A stretch of 64,000 nt of DNA from Eledone cirrhosa (taxonomy: Eukaryota). The position numbers and the translations under genes were made by a program. Location of the stretch: positions 1 through 64,000 of the forward strand of contig CAXHJY010000636.1 of NCBI GenBank assembly GCA_964016885.1, in the 5' to 3' direction. Below the pieces are notes generated by a model. It was not told the origin of the DNA and made no database searches. It was given only the letters and a program-made list of their open reading frames with translations. This document shows positions 42,290 to 56,812 of this stretch, one piece after another. The number at the start of each line of letters is the position of its first letter. Positions within the stretch are counted from its first letter, which is position 1.

Positions 42290-43224
42290 GATGCTTTAAA
42301 CCAGTTACGTGAAACTGGCAGCCATCGGGCCACAATCCGACACGCCAGACCAGTCAAAGTGACCGGCGATGACCGATGATTTAAACCAGTTACGTGAAAT
42401 AGGCGGTCATCGAGCCACAATCCGACACGCCAGACCAGTCAAAGTGACCGGCGATGACCGATGATTTAAACCAGTTACGTGAAATAGGCAGCCATCGGGC
42501 CACAATCCGACACGCCAGACCAGTCAAAGTGACCGGCGATGACCGATGATTTAAACCAGTTACGTGAAACAGGCAGCCATCGGGCCACAATCCGACACGC
42601 CAGACCAGTCAAAGTGACCGGCGATGACCGATGATTTAAACCAGTTACGTGAAACAGGCAGCCATCGGGCCACAATCCGACACGCCAGACCAGTCAAAGT
42701 GACCGGCGATGACCGATGATTTAAACCAGTTACGTGAAACTGGCAGCCATCGGGCCACAATCCGACACACCAGACCAGTCAAAGTGACCGGCGATGACCG
42801 ATGATTTAAACCAGTTACGTGAAACAGGCAGCCATCGGGCCACAATCCGACACGCCAGACCAGTCAAAGTGACCGGCGATGACCGATGATTTAAACCAGT
42901 TACGTGAAACAGGCAGCCATCGGGCCACAATCCGACACGCCAGACCAGTCAAAGTGACCGGCGATGACCGATGATTTAAACCAGTTACGTGAAACAGGCA
43001 GCCATCGGGCCACAATCCGACACGCCAGACCAGTCAAAGTGACCGGCGATGACCGATGATTTAAACCAGTTACGTGAAACAGGCAGCCATCGGGCCACAA
43101 TCCGACACGCCAGACCAGTCAAAGTGACCGGCGATGACCGATGATTTAAACCAGTTACGTGAAACAGGCAGCCATCGGGCCACAATCCGACACGCCAGAC
43201 CAGTCAAAGTGACCGGCGATGACC
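42290..43224. repeat. 85-bp tandem array, 11 copies
   Basis: tttaaaccagttacgtgaaacaggcagccatcgggccacaatccgacacgccagaccagtcaaagtgaccggcgatgaccgatga. Confidence 0.97.
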
Positions 43225-43283
43225 ATTTTTAATTTTTATCTTGTAGACTTATTTAGAATCTTTTTCGTAACCGTAATACTTCG

Positions 43284-44184
43284 GTTAGTTGACCTTTACT
43301 ACAGGGCTTCACTGACAGGGTTATATGTGTTAGTTGACCTTTACTACAGGGTTTCACTGACAGGGTTATATGTGTTAGTTGACCTTTACTACAGGGCTTC
43401 ACTGACAGGGTTATATGTGTTAGTTGACCTTTACTAAAGGGCTTCACTGACAGGGTTATATGTGTTAGTTGACCTTTACTACAGGGCTTCACTGACAGGG
43501 TTATATGTGTTAGTTGACCTTTACTACAGGGCTTCACTGACAGGGTTATATGTGTTAGTTGACCTTTACTACAGGGCTTCACTGACAGGGTTATATGTGT
43601 TAGTTGACCTTTACTAAAGGGCTTCACTGACAGGGTTATATGTGTTAGTTGACCTTTACTACAGGGCTTCACTGACCGGGTTATATGTGTTAGTTGACCT
43701 TTACTACAGGGCTTCACTGATAGGGTTATATGTGTTAGTTGACCTTTAGTACAGGGCTTCACTGATAGGGTTATATGTGTTAGTTGACCTTTACTACAGG
43801 GCTTCACTGACAGGGTTATATGTGTTAGTTGACCTTTACTACAGGGCTTCACTGATAGGGTTATATGTGTTAGTTGACCTTTAGTACAGGGCTTCACTGA
43901 TAGGGTTATATGTGTTAGTTGACCTTTACTACAGGGCTTCACTGATAGGGTTATATGTGTTAGTTGACCTTTACTACAGGGCTTCACTGACAGGGTTATA
44001 TGTGTTAGTTGACCTTTACTACAGGGCTTCACTGATAGGGTTATATGTGTTAGTTGACCTTTACTAAAGGGCTTCACTGACAGGGTTATATGTGTTAGTT
44101 GACCTTTACTATAGGGTTTCACTGACAGGGTTATATGTGTTAGTTGACCTTAACTACAGGGCTTCACTGATAGGGTTATGTGTG
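43284..44184. repeat. Second 45-bp tandem array, about 20 copies, unrelated to the first
   Basis: gttagttgacctttactacagggcttcactgaYagggttatatgt. Confidence 0.97.
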
Positions 44185-44426
44185 TAATAATTTCCCAGTT
44201 CCATGTTATGGAAAGAAGTTGTGGTTAATCTTTGGAATAGTGCTTAATAAATATTAATGACCCTAGTCATTAATAGTTGTTCTCCCGAATGAAACAGTTC
44301 TAGTCCTGTAGAAGCTATTTCTATGTTAAATATGTATACTCTGCTTTGTATTGAGTACCTTAATTAATGTGGCTACCCCCGATTGAACTCGGGATAAACT
44401 TGTATGTGTATACGTATATATATATA

Positions 44427-44498
<72 letters not shown>

Positions 44499-44644
44499 AA
44501 CAGAGATAGTTTAAAGCTAATCTCTGACTGGTAACCATCTCACTCAACAAACATTAGGTTATATTTTAATATAAACCCAATTTAAGTGTTTGGGGTGCTA
44601 ACAATATGTATTATGTGGAAAAGCCAGTTGTATTATTTTATGAG

Positions 44645-44683
<39 letters not shown>

Positions 44684-44838
44684 CAAAGGAAATGCAAAGG
44701 AAAATAGAGTGCTCTATGTATAGAACAGAGCTATTTAATTAGAAAGTGAACAACACAAAATATAACTACTCCATTCCCAAAGGTTTCTGGATCAAAGACG
44801 ATAATAATATCGTTCGTCAGACAGCCATACTATAACAT

Positions 44839-44906
44839 CTCTATCTGACGAACGATCCAGACGTATATTATTATTGTCTGTGATCCAGAAACCTTTGGTA
44901 GTGGAG
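44839..44906 (+). ncRNA. Type I hammerhead in fold-back 44761-44914
   Basis: CUCUAU-CUGACGA-acGAUC CAGAC..GUCUG u GAUCca-GAAA-CC UUU GG UA^GUGGAG; degenerate inverted copy at 44769-44824. Confidence 0.7.
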
Positions 44907-44933
44907 TAGTTATATTTCGTGTTCACTTTCTAC

Positions 44934-44994
<61 letters not shown>

Positions 44995-45171
44995 TATGTG
45001 TGTGTGTATATATGTGTGTGTATGTGTGCGTGTATATATGTCTGTGTGTGTGTGTGCGTGCGTGTATATGTGTGTGTGTGTGTGTGTGTGCGTGTATATA
45101 TGTGTGTGTGTGTGTGCGTGTGTGTATGTGTGTGTGTGTGCGCGTGTATATATGTGTGTGTGTGTGCGTGC

Positions 45172-45213
<42 letters not shown>

Positions 45214-45228
45214 GTGCGTGCGTGCGTG

Positions 45229-45263
<35 letters not shown>

Positions 45264-45352
45264 ACATGTAAGTGCATACACATAGTTTATAAACACAAAC
45301 ATTTCTGAACTAAAACAAACATACATGTCGCAACACCAGTGGTGGTGGCAGC

Positions 45353-45405
<53 letters not shown>

Positions 45406-45752
45406 ATGATATAATGTATATATAATCACTCTATCTATATATAAATAAACGCTGTGTTTACACGGTACGGTTGAACGCCAGATCTCGTCCGTTGAGAATT
45501 GTCCTTTGGGAAAATGTCTGGGAAAAATTGGATGTGTTTGGAAAATGGAGGGAAAGTGGCATCTCTGTGTGTGTGTATATATATATTTATTTACATATAT
45601 ATATATTTATATATATATTTACATACATATATGTGTGTGTGAGGTTGTAGTGTTTCTTTATATATATATATATATGCACAAATATATATACATACATATA
45701 TGTGTGTGTGAGTTTGTAGTGTTTCTTTATATATATATATATATATGCACAA

Positions 45753-45787
<35 letters not shown>

Positions 45788-45915
45788 ACAACAAAGAGAG
45801 AGAGAGAGGGAGAGAGAGAGAGATTATACATATATATGCACAAATATATATGTATATATATATAGAGAGAGAGAGAACAAAGAGAGAGAGAGAGAGAGAT
45901 TATACATATATATGC

Positions 45916-45968
<53 letters not shown>

Positions 45969-46094
45969 ACAACAAAGAGAGAGAGAGAGAGAGAGATTAA
46001 CATATATATGCACAAATATATATATATAGAGAGAGAGAGAGAACAACAGAGAGAGAGAGAGAGAGGGAGAAAGGGAGAGAGAGAGAGAGGGAGA

Positions 46095-46170
<76 letters not shown>

Positions 46171-46190
46171 ATATGTATATATATATTGAT

Positions 46191-46239
<49 letters not shown>

Positions 46240-46583
46240 TATATGTATATAATTTGATATAGAAATAGCTTCTGCAGCACTTTTAATTCGTCGTATGAAA
46301 CCACCAGGAGCTGATGATGTGATTCGAATGAAAACAGTTCTAGTCTGTAGAAGCCATGTCTATATTAAATTTTTGATGTTTACACTCAACTAATGTATTG
46401 AGTACCTTATTAACTATGATTACCGAAGACATAACTCGACCATACACACACGGGATTTTAGTCTTCAAATTTATTATTTGTTTCTACTTTAGGCACAAGG
46501 CCAGCAATTACCCAGTTCATTACTGGTACTTTATTTTATCGACCCCGTAAGGATGTTCAAATTTATTATTATTACTATATATA

Positions 46584-46631
<48 letters not shown>

Positions 46632-46642
46632 TATATATAATA

Positions 46643-46951
46643 TTCAAATATTAACAAATAGATATTCTTGTGATCAATTAAATGTTATTATACATATTTC
46701 AGAAGTACTGAATTAAGTTCAACAGTACGTCCTCATCAGATAAAATAAAATGATACATGACATACCCTGACATGAAAGATGGTTTAAGATTTAATCAAGG
46801 TAAATCTTAACCATCTACCATGTCAGGGTATGTGATGTATCATTTTATTTTATCTGATGAGGACGTACTGTTGAACTTAATTCAGTACCTCTGAAATATG
46901 TATAATAACATTTAATTGATCACAAGAATATCTATTTGTTAATATTTGAAT
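46643..46951. mobile_element. Fold-back element, family A' (relative of A), with two hammerheads (46682-46746 minus, 46846-46910 plus)
   Basis: About 150-bp inverted arms around 46793-46800; UUAU-CUGAUGA-GGACGUACUG..CAGUACCUCU-GAAA-UAUGUAUA^AUAA. Confidence 0.85.
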
Positions 46952-47130
46952 TAATATAAATAACTCTGAAAAATATATGTGTAGAGTGCTTCCAATCTAC
47001 TGTAAAACTCATTCTTTGATGTACTCAGCCGTCGGGGTCTTACTTGTTCCTATTACCCACTCTACTACCCTAAGTATTGAGTACTTTGGTGGTTTATGGT
47101 CCACCTGGTTCCTTACAACTTTTCCTTCGT

Positions 47131-47220
<90 letters not shown>

Positions 47221-47261
47221 ATATGACAGTGGCAGACTGGTCTAAAAAACATTGGTTGCCA

Positions 47262-47905
47262 GATGAAGGGGGCCCACCTACATATAGAATGTATGAAAGG
47301 GGGTCCACCTACATATAGAATGTATGAAAGGGGGGCCCACCTACATATAGAATGTATGAAGGGGGCCTACCTACATATAGAATGAATGAAGGGGGCCCAC
47401 CTACATATAGAATGTATGAAAGGGGGCCCACCTACATATAGAATGTATGAAAGGGGGCTACCTACATATAGAATGTATGAAAGGGGGTCCACCTACATAT
47501 AGAATGTATGAAGGGGGCCTACCTACATATAGAATGTATGAAAGGGGGCCCACCTACATATAGAATGTATGAAAGGGGGCCCACCTACATATAGAATGTA
47601 TGAAAGGGGGGCCTACCTACATATAGAATGTATGAAAGGGGGTCCACCTACTATAGAATGTATGGAAAGGGGGCCTACCTACATATAGAATGTATGAAGG
47701 GGGCCACCTACATATAGAATGTATGAAAGGGGGCCTACCTACATATAGAATGTATGAAAGGGGGCCTACCTACATATAGAATGTATGAAAGGGGGCCTAC
47801 CTACATATAGAATGTATGAAAGGGGGTCCACCTACATATAGAATGTATGAAAGGGGTCCACCTACATATAGAATGTATGAAAGGGGGCCTACCTACATAT
47901 AGAAT
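47262..47905. repeat. About 30-bp minisatellite, about 21 copies
   Basis: atgaaagggggcccacctacatatagaatgt with variable A/G run lengths. Confidence 0.95.
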
Positions 47906-48051
47906 GCTATAATTTAATTTTTATAATGAATAAATAACATTTTCTAAAAATACAATAGTGGAAACAAAACATTGCAATCAAATTATTGCGGAAAAATATC
48001 TTATCTTCTCCAATAAAAAATATGTATTTTAAGAAATCCAGAGACTTTCAA

Positions 48052-48238
48052 TAATTGTTTCTACTTTAGGCACAAGGCCAAGCAATTACCCAGTGTATTA
48101 CTGGTACTTTATTTATCGACCCCGTAAGGATGAAAGGCAAAGTCAACCTCGGCAGGATTTGAACTCAGATCGTAAAGGGACGTAACTATGCTGGAAAGCA
48201 TGGCGTCCGACCCTCTACCGATACTGCCAATCCACCGC
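48052..48238 (-). mobile_element. Near full-length tRNA-derived SINE
   Basis: Reverse complement gcggtggatTGGCAGTATCGGtagagggtcggacgccatg...GAGTTCAAATCCtgccgaggttgactttgcctttcatccttacggggtcgataaa; partial copy also at 46478-46554. Confidence 0.9.
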
Positions 48239-48892
48239 TTCAATAATGACCAGAAGTTGACCCTAAATATTACTAATAGCTCTAGGAAAGCATGAATACA
48301 CCACATCTTTTTAACTTTGATTTTGAAAGTGGGTTTATAATTATCAATTTTCATTATACGTTTGTAGCTGTCCCGGTGGCATAGGTGGAGGAATCATAGA
48401 CGGTGGTGATCCTGGTCGGGAGTAGGGTTCCCAGTAAACCTTCAGTTTTTTTCTATGGGTTGTAAATAAAAACTGAAAAAGGAACCCGAGGTCAGGATCT
48501 CCATCATCTCTAGTACCTACCGCTAGGCCACAGAGACAAATACGAAACTATTATGAAAATTCATACTTATAAACATACTTTCAAAATGTTCAAAACAAAG
48601 AGTTGTGGGTCGTTCATGTCTTTCTTAATCTTATTGCTCCTACTTAAGGTCGACTTAGAAATCATTTGGGTGTTCCATAAATTACATCCGTCATTTTGTT
48701 TCACATCTATTCTAGACCTATATTTTAACCCTGTAATCCATGTTTCATATCTGTTCCACCTCATCCCCCCCCCCACTCTTTTTCTCTCTGTGATATTTGA
48801 ATCTGCTATGATCTGGGCTTACCTTATGCCTATATATATGTTTTTTGCATGTCAGTTAGATTATATATATATATATATATAATATATATATA

Positions 48893-48927
<35 letters not shown>

Positions 48928-48928
<1 letters not shown>

Positions 48929-49100
48929 GGAACGAGTAGGACCCGACGGCTGAGCTCAAGCCGTTTCGACGGCTAATTCTGGACTCAGTCCAGAATTAGC
49001 CGTCGAAAATTACCCACTCCAGAATTACCCACTCTACTACCCTAAGTATTGAGTACTTTGGTGTGTTAGGTCCACCTGGTTCCTTACCACATTTCCTTCG

Positions 49101-49101
<1 letters not shown>
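48928..49101. mobile_element. Family E palindromic element, internally deleted
   Basis: tttcgacggctaattctggact-c-agtccagaattagccgtcgaaa hairpin. Confidence 0.8.
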
Positions 49102-49152
<51 letters not shown>

Positions 49153-49289
49153 TATATATATTAATAAAAGGAATTTCAACTTTGTCTGATTTACTCGTTT
49201 TATTTACAATCCTTTAAAATTATAAAGGTATTAGAATGAAATAGTATGGTAGAATATTAAATGTTAAGTGTTAAGTGTTAAGTGTTAAT

Positions 49290-49328
49290 TGAACAAGTAC
49301 TTTCATGCTTTCGCAATCTTCAGGTTCA
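49290..49328 (-). ncRNA. Minimal type I hammerhead, single copy in window
   Basis: Reverse complement UGAAC-CUGAAGA-UUGC GAAA GCAU-GAAA-GUACUU^GUUCA: 5-bp stem I, GNRA-capped stem II, palindromic AGUACU stem III. Confidence 0.75.
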
Positions 49329-49381
49329 TATTCTGTGGTGACAGTCAAGTTTGCAATTTTCAGTACACATACATACATACA

Positions 49382-49417
<36 letters not shown>

Positions 49418-49870
49418 TACATACGCATAATTACTCACTCAGAGAGACAATTTCTGTCGTTGATAACTGAAAATGTGTCTCATAAGAAGAAGAACAACAA
49501 AAATTAATTGAAAAATAAATAAATAGCCAAATAAAATAAGGGGCGTGAAGAGGTCGTAAAACAGAGCAGAGAAGGGCCCGGGGAAGGGCTTGAAGAAGGG
49601 CTCAGGATTGAACCTATTACGGCAAAATAATCTTTATTTTGCACGTTAAATATATAACCTCTGTACCCACTCACCCATGAGCGTTCTATATATACATACA
49701 TACATATTCATATATACGTACCAGAGATAGATATGTGTATATATGTATGTATATGTATGTATATATATATATATATATATATGTATACATATATGTGTAA
49801 ATAAGTACTATATATATATATTATTTACATATATATATATACGACTATGTATATATGTATATATATAGAC

Positions 49871-49912
<42 letters not shown>

Positions 49913-49998
49913 ATTATTCACTGAACATGACGTAAGTGTTTTATAGCGGTGATGGTGGTGGGTAGACTGTGTATTGATTTATGTGTATATATATATAC

Positions 49999-50118
<120 letters not shown>

Positions 50119-50396
50119 CATAAATATATATATATATATGTATATACATATATATATATACATACATATATGTATGTCTGTTTAATGGCACGTTTTATAC
50201 ATCACATTCATATACACACCGTCATGCAAGCATTTTATTCTCTCGTTAATAAAAGACTAAAGAAAAATAACGACTAACAACAAAATTTGAAATATAAAAC
50301 ATGGAAAATATTTTAAATATAAATAAAACGAAACGAAACCATGAAATTCGCTAAGGTTAAATGGTCATCTATGTGTCTGTATATATGTGTGTGTGT

Positions 50397-50477
<81 letters not shown>

Positions 50478-50575
50478 TGTGTAATTACACATGCATACTT
50501 TTAAAGTCGCATATATATACATACGCGTCTACTGATACCCATTAACGTACACGCATATATATATACGCACAATCT

Positions 50576-50618
<43 letters not shown>

Positions 50619-50619
50619 G

Positions 50620-50654
<35 letters not shown>

Positions 50655-50673
50655 TCACACACCCATGCATATG

Positions 50674-50714
<41 letters not shown>

Positions 50715-51039
50715 TATATGTATATACATACGTACTCACAGGTATATAAAACATACACAAACAAACACGCACACACACAAACACACACATATATATATAT
50801 ACATATATATACACACATTTAAAGAGAAAGCTAAATTGGATTTTCATTTCTTTTAAGTACTGTTTTTATCATCATCATCATCATCATCATCATTATTATT
50901 ATTATTATTATATTATTATTATTATTATATTACTATCATTTTGAAGTTCCGATAAAGTATGACAACCAATCTTTTATTTAACTATTTGAAACATATATAT
51001 ATATACATATATATATACATATACATACATATATATAAT

Positions 51040-51083
<44 letters not shown>

Positions 51084-51214
51084 GTATATGCGTATATATG
51101 TATATATATATATACATATATAATATATTATATACATACATATATACATACATACATACATATACATACATATATGTATATATACATATATATATATATA
51201 CATATGTGTCTATA

Positions 51215-51255
<41 letters not shown>

Positions 51256-51276
51256 GAATTAAATGCACCCAAACCA

Positions 51277-51333
<57 letters not shown>

Positions 51334-51917
51334 ATATATATATATATACATATACACACACACATATATATATACATATATATATATATGTATATATTTA
51401 TATATACATACATACATATGTATATATATATATATGGTATGTATGTTTGTTTTGGCTGCCTTTGAGTTTTAACGCCTCTCCTTCCATTCGTCCTCTCGCA
51501 TCCCCCCGCGCTCCACCGTCATCATCCCATTCCCCCTACGTCTCATATAGCCTGCTTCAACTCACCGCCCTCCCATCCCTCACCATCGCACCATCGCCTA
51601 CTCCACCTCCTCATAAAATTCAGATTTCCTTCGACTGAGTCAATTCTCATAGATTTGAGGTAAAATGGCGGCGGGGTGGTCTCGAAGTGGCGAGTAGAGG
51701 AGTAGGAAAGAAGAGCGGAGTTGTAACAGGGTAGGGTTATTGGCAGTGGAGGGGATTTTTTGATTGCATTTTCAAATAATGTAAATACAAACAGACACAG
51801 ACAAACAAACACCGCCAACAATAACAAGATAAATATAAAAAAAAAATAGAAATCAAGATGGCGAATCGATCGCTGGAATATGTTGAGATAGTTTGACGGA
51901 TATATATATATAGGTGC

Positions 51918-52020
<103 letters not shown>

Positions 52021-52052
52021 CATATATATATATATGTTTATGTATATATGTG

Positions 52053-52121
<69 letters not shown>

Positions 52122-52159
52122 TAAGTATTTCTGAAGAAAAAGCAAAGGAAAAAAGAGTG

Positions 52160-52234
<75 letters not shown>

Positions 52235-52317
52235 TGGGTGTGGATGGGTTGAGGAATACATTGATGTTGGGATAGGCACATCCCGTTTACACACACACAC
52301 ACACATATATATATATA

Positions 52318-52424
<107 letters not shown>

Positions 52425-52546
52425 GTATATATATATATATATGTACATCTACATGTGTGTGAGAGTGTTCTGGTTGAGACATTCAACGGGAGAACCTGAC
52501 CATGGCAGTAACGTGATTTATATATATAAATATATATGTACATATG

Positions 52547-52577
<31 letters not shown>

Positions 52578-52581
52578 ATAC

Positions 52582-52612
<31 letters not shown>

Positions 52613-52631
52613 CATACATACACACACACAC

Positions 52632-52662
<31 letters not shown>

Positions 52663-52740
52663 CACGCGCGCACATATATATATATGTATTGTAATGACTT
52701 CTACAGGACTAGAACTGTTTAATTCGAAGGAAATCATAAG

Positions 52741-52792
52741 GGCTTTCCTGATGATTTCCTTCGAATGAAACAGTTCTAGTCTTGTAGAAGCC
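52741..52792 (+). ncRNA. Type I hammerhead, family D, in fold-back 52695-52794
   Basis: UUUC-CUGAUGA-UUUC CUUC GAAU-GAAA-CAG uucuaguc UUGUA^GAAG; partial or degenerate copies at about 39425-39565, 44280-44395, 46305-46420. Confidence 0.65.
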
Positions 52793-53431
52793 ATTTATAT
52801 ATTTAAAATGTATAGTCTGCTATGTATTGAGTACCTTACTTACTGTGGTTACCCCCGGGTGAACCCAATACACACACACACGCACACACACGCGTATATA
52901 TATATATATATATATATGCATATATATGTGTGTATATATATGTGTGTATATATACATATATATATATATATTTATATATACATATATACACAAACACTCT
53001 TATATATAGACACACGACATCAGGGTGTTGTCTGAGGTGTGGAAGGGTGGGGTGGGGGAATTAGACAGGTGTCAATGATGAAGAGGGGAGAGGAGGGGTG
53101 GTGGGAGGGGGTATTGATAGACAGGTGTGTTTATGCAGGAAGGGTGCAGGCGCGGGGGTGGGGGCTGGGGGGGGAGATGGGGCACGGCGGATGGCGGTGG
53201 AGGTGTTTATTATCAATGAAAGGTGTGTTCCAGCGTGTGAGACATGACAGGCCCTTCCGTTTGTTTGTGTGTGTGTATGTGTGTGTGTGTGTCTATGTGT
53301 GTGTGTATGTGTGTGTGTGTATGTGTATGTGTGTGTGTGTTCCCGTGTCTATTGTTAAAGAGCCCAGGTTATCAGAGGTGGGTTAATTAAGCGTCTGTAA
53401 ATAGGTAATTACAGACTAACAAACACACACG

Positions 53432-53467
<36 letters not shown>

Positions 53468-53604
53468 CACACGTGTGTGTGTATATGAACATGTATATAT
53501 TATACATACATGTCAACATGAATGGACCTGTTATTTTTATCTAAAGACATTTTTTCCAATTCCAACCAGCCCCTCCCTTCAATCTATCTTATTTCTCATT
53601 ATTT

Positions 53605-53640
53605 CTTCTGATGAAGGACTAGCGTCCGAAACGTTCAGAC
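53605..53640 (+). ncRNA. Minimal hammerhead, family B
   Basis: CUGAUGA-A-GGAC UAGC GUCC-GAAACGUU with palindromic AACGUU. Confidence 0.65.
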
Positions 53641-53720
53641 CTTCTTCCTGCTATATCAAGCGTTAACCTAATATATCCCTTCCATATACTGTACTGATTG
53701 TGTTGTTATTTCTGTTTACC

Positions 53721-53878
<158 letters not shown>

Positions 53879-53963
53879 TTCAAACTGGCTAACCTGGTCA
53901 TTTACAATACAAACACTTATATATTGTATAAGTGTTTATCATATATATTAATTTATATTAACT

Positions 53964-54150
<187 letters not shown>

Positions 54151-54351
54151 GGGCTGTTCGTTTACAAACAAACCGAACATTATAATAAATGTTCGGTAAA
54201 CCCATACGTACATATATATATATATGTGTGTGTGCATGTATGTATGTATATACATACTACTGTACGTCTGTATATATATATATATATATGTACGTATACA
54301 TACTTACATTTAAGTATCAGCCGTACTAAGAGTGAGAAATGAAATTTCTTT

Positions 54352-54485
<134 letters not shown>

Positions 54486-54713
54486 AAAGTTCTATTTAAA
54501 ATTGTTGGGATACAACAAGTAAATATATTTTTATAACTGATATAAAGCACTCGACAAGTATTTTTTTCTTTCTCTCCGTCTTTTTCTAATTGTCCTTAAC
54601 ACTATGACTTATTAAAATAATATAAACAATTCACTATCCAGATGGCTTCCAAAAATAATGGTTGCATTTTAAAAGGGTACGTCAAAGCTTATTTGTAAAA
54701 CTGTTATATATTG

Positions 54714-54778
54714 TATTTTGTCTGATGAAGGCATACCATAATGTAATTTGGTATCCCTGAAATATGTATAATGAAATA
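54714..54778 (+). ncRNA. Type I hammerhead, family A
   Basis: UAUUUUGU-CUGAUGA-AGGCAUACCA..UGGUAUCCCU-GAAA-UAUGUAUA^AUGAAAUA. Confidence 0.85.
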
Positions 54779-54817
54779 AATATGGTTTTATAAATATAGT
54801 TTCCATTTATTAATATC

Positions 54818-54940
<123 letters not shown>

Positions 54941-54977
54941 AAGTGGAGAATCAGTGGTGCGACGAATAAGATTTATT

Positions 54978-55074
54978 AGACATATTACAATCGTTTCTCT
55001 GGCGAACAGCTCGAGGCACGATCGATGCAATGATCAAACTTGACTCTGAAATCGCAAGATCCTCAGATATGTCT
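54978..55074 (-). ncRNA. Type I hammerhead with long stem II insertion
   Basis: Reverse complement AGACAUAU-CUGAGGA-UCUUGCGA..(about 45 nt)..UCGCCAGA-GAAA-C GAUU GUA^AUAUGUCU; perfect 8-bp stem I. Confidence 0.8.
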
Positions 55075-55097
55075 CGATTCTACGAAGCAGAGTTTCC

Positions 55098-55185
<88 letters not shown>

Positions 55186-55314
55186 TGATATATTTATCTT
55201 TACCGAGCCCTCTTTGTATTTTAGTGTTCACATTTATTATTATTACTATATATATTATTATTATTACTATATATTGAGATGTGAGAAAAACCACAGACCC
55301 TCCATCTCAACTCA

Positions 55315-55352
55315 CCTTTTGAAAAGCAGAAGAACTGCGAAACCGGTAAAGG
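55315..55352 (+). ncRNA. Minimal hammerhead with U3-A8 core, family F
   Basis: CCUU-UUGAAAA-GCAG AAGAA CUGC-GAAA-CCGGUA^AAGG. Confidence 0.7.
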
Positions 55353-55473
55353 AACCAAAAAAAATATATATTTAAAAAAAAAATAAGACTCCAGTTGCAT
55401 TTTCGATTTCATCTCTTTTTCTTTATATATATATATATATAGTTATGTAATAAACAACATAAGATTATTATTT

Positions 55474-55527
55474 CATTTACCGGTGGTTTCTTGAAAGCAA
55501 ATAAATCTGCTTTCAGTCGTCAGAATG
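55474..55527 (-). ncRNA. Type I hammerhead in fold-back 55440-55595
   Basis: Reverse complement CAUU-CUGACGA-cUGAAAGCAGA UUUA UUUGCUUUCAa-GAAA-CC ACC GG UA^AAUG; right arm 55544-55595 repeats only the 3' half. Confidence 0.75.
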
Positions 55528-55663
55528 GATAAAACCATGTTTTAGAAACCACTGGTAAATAAAATAATTATCTTATGTTGTTTAGTACATAACTAATAAG
55601 CTCTGTAACCAACATAGACCACTCCTTCTTCCTGTACCTTTCCGACGGAATTACTTCATTTAC

Positions 55664-55703
<40 letters not shown>

Positions 55704-55706
<3 letters not shown>

Positions 55707-55893
55707 AACAAGTATGACCCCGACGGCAGAGCTCAAGCCGTTTCGACGGCTAATTCTGAGTCCATAATTAGCCGCCGAAACGGCTTGAGCTCTGCCGTCG
55801 GGGTCATACTTGTTCTTATTACCCACTCTACTACCCTAAGTATTGAGTACTTTGGTGCGTTATGGTCCACCTGGTTCCTTGCCACATTTCCTT

Positions 55894-55897
<4 letters not shown>
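55704..55897. mobile_element. Family E palindromic element (3' half of a hammerhead on each strand)
   Basis: Inverted repeat 55704-55817; GAAA-CGGC uugagcucu GCCG-UC^GGGGUCAU. Confidence 0.75.
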
Positions 55898-55953
<56 letters not shown>

Positions 55954-56094
55954 ATATATAAGTAAAGATATGCATATGCTATAGGCGTTCTTTGTTATTT
56001 ATTATATCACTGCTCTGTCCTCAGACATCGAGCTAACCTTATACTGCCTGCTGGATAAGTGGAGTGTTATACAACCCTGATCCTCTCCCTAGTA

Positions 56095-56128
<34 letters not shown>

Positions 56129-56246
56129 TGTGCGTGTGTGTATGTGTGTGTGTGTGTGTGGTGAGTGGTGTGTGTGTGCATTTCCGTTCCTTCCTCTTCT
56201 CTTTCTTTCATCTTTATCATTCTATGGCTTCCTTTCATTACTCCTT

Positions 56247-56280
56247 CTTCTGATGACGGACTAATGTCCGAAATCTTAAC
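56247..56280 (+). ncRNA. Minimal hammerhead, family B, degenerate stem III
   Basis: CUU-CUGAUGA-C-GGAC UAAU GUCC-GAAAUCUU-AA. Confidence 0.5.
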
Positions 56281-56380
56281 ATCTTTTCCTACCATAACAA
56301 GTGTTAAACTAATATATATAACTTTGTAGTGTATTCTTTGCTTTGTGGTTTCTGTGATACATATATACATACACATATAT

Positions 56381-56491
<111 letters not shown>

Positions 56492-56667
56492 TGTGTGTGT
56501 GTGTGGGTGTGTATATATATGTGTATATATATGAGTGTATATATGTTGTTAGGGTTGGCTGTTGTTCCAAAGTTATTAAAATAATATAAATTGTGTTCGT
56601 TGGACATATGCCAATATATATACACTCGTGTATGTATATATATGTATATATATATACGCATACACAT

Positions 56668-56812
<145 letters not shown>

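Noticed and set aside
43253-44122. 289-aa repeat ORF (KPCSKGQLTHITLSV)n
   Set aside because: It is confined to a 45-bp minisatellite, with no unique coding flanks or splice evidence.
42290-47905. 85-, 45- and 30-bp arrays as CRISPR
   Set aside because: Contiguous tandem units with no unique spacers.
48052-48238. tRNA gene
   Set aside because: A and B boxes are present, but there is no cloverleaf and it continues into a multi-copy SINE body.
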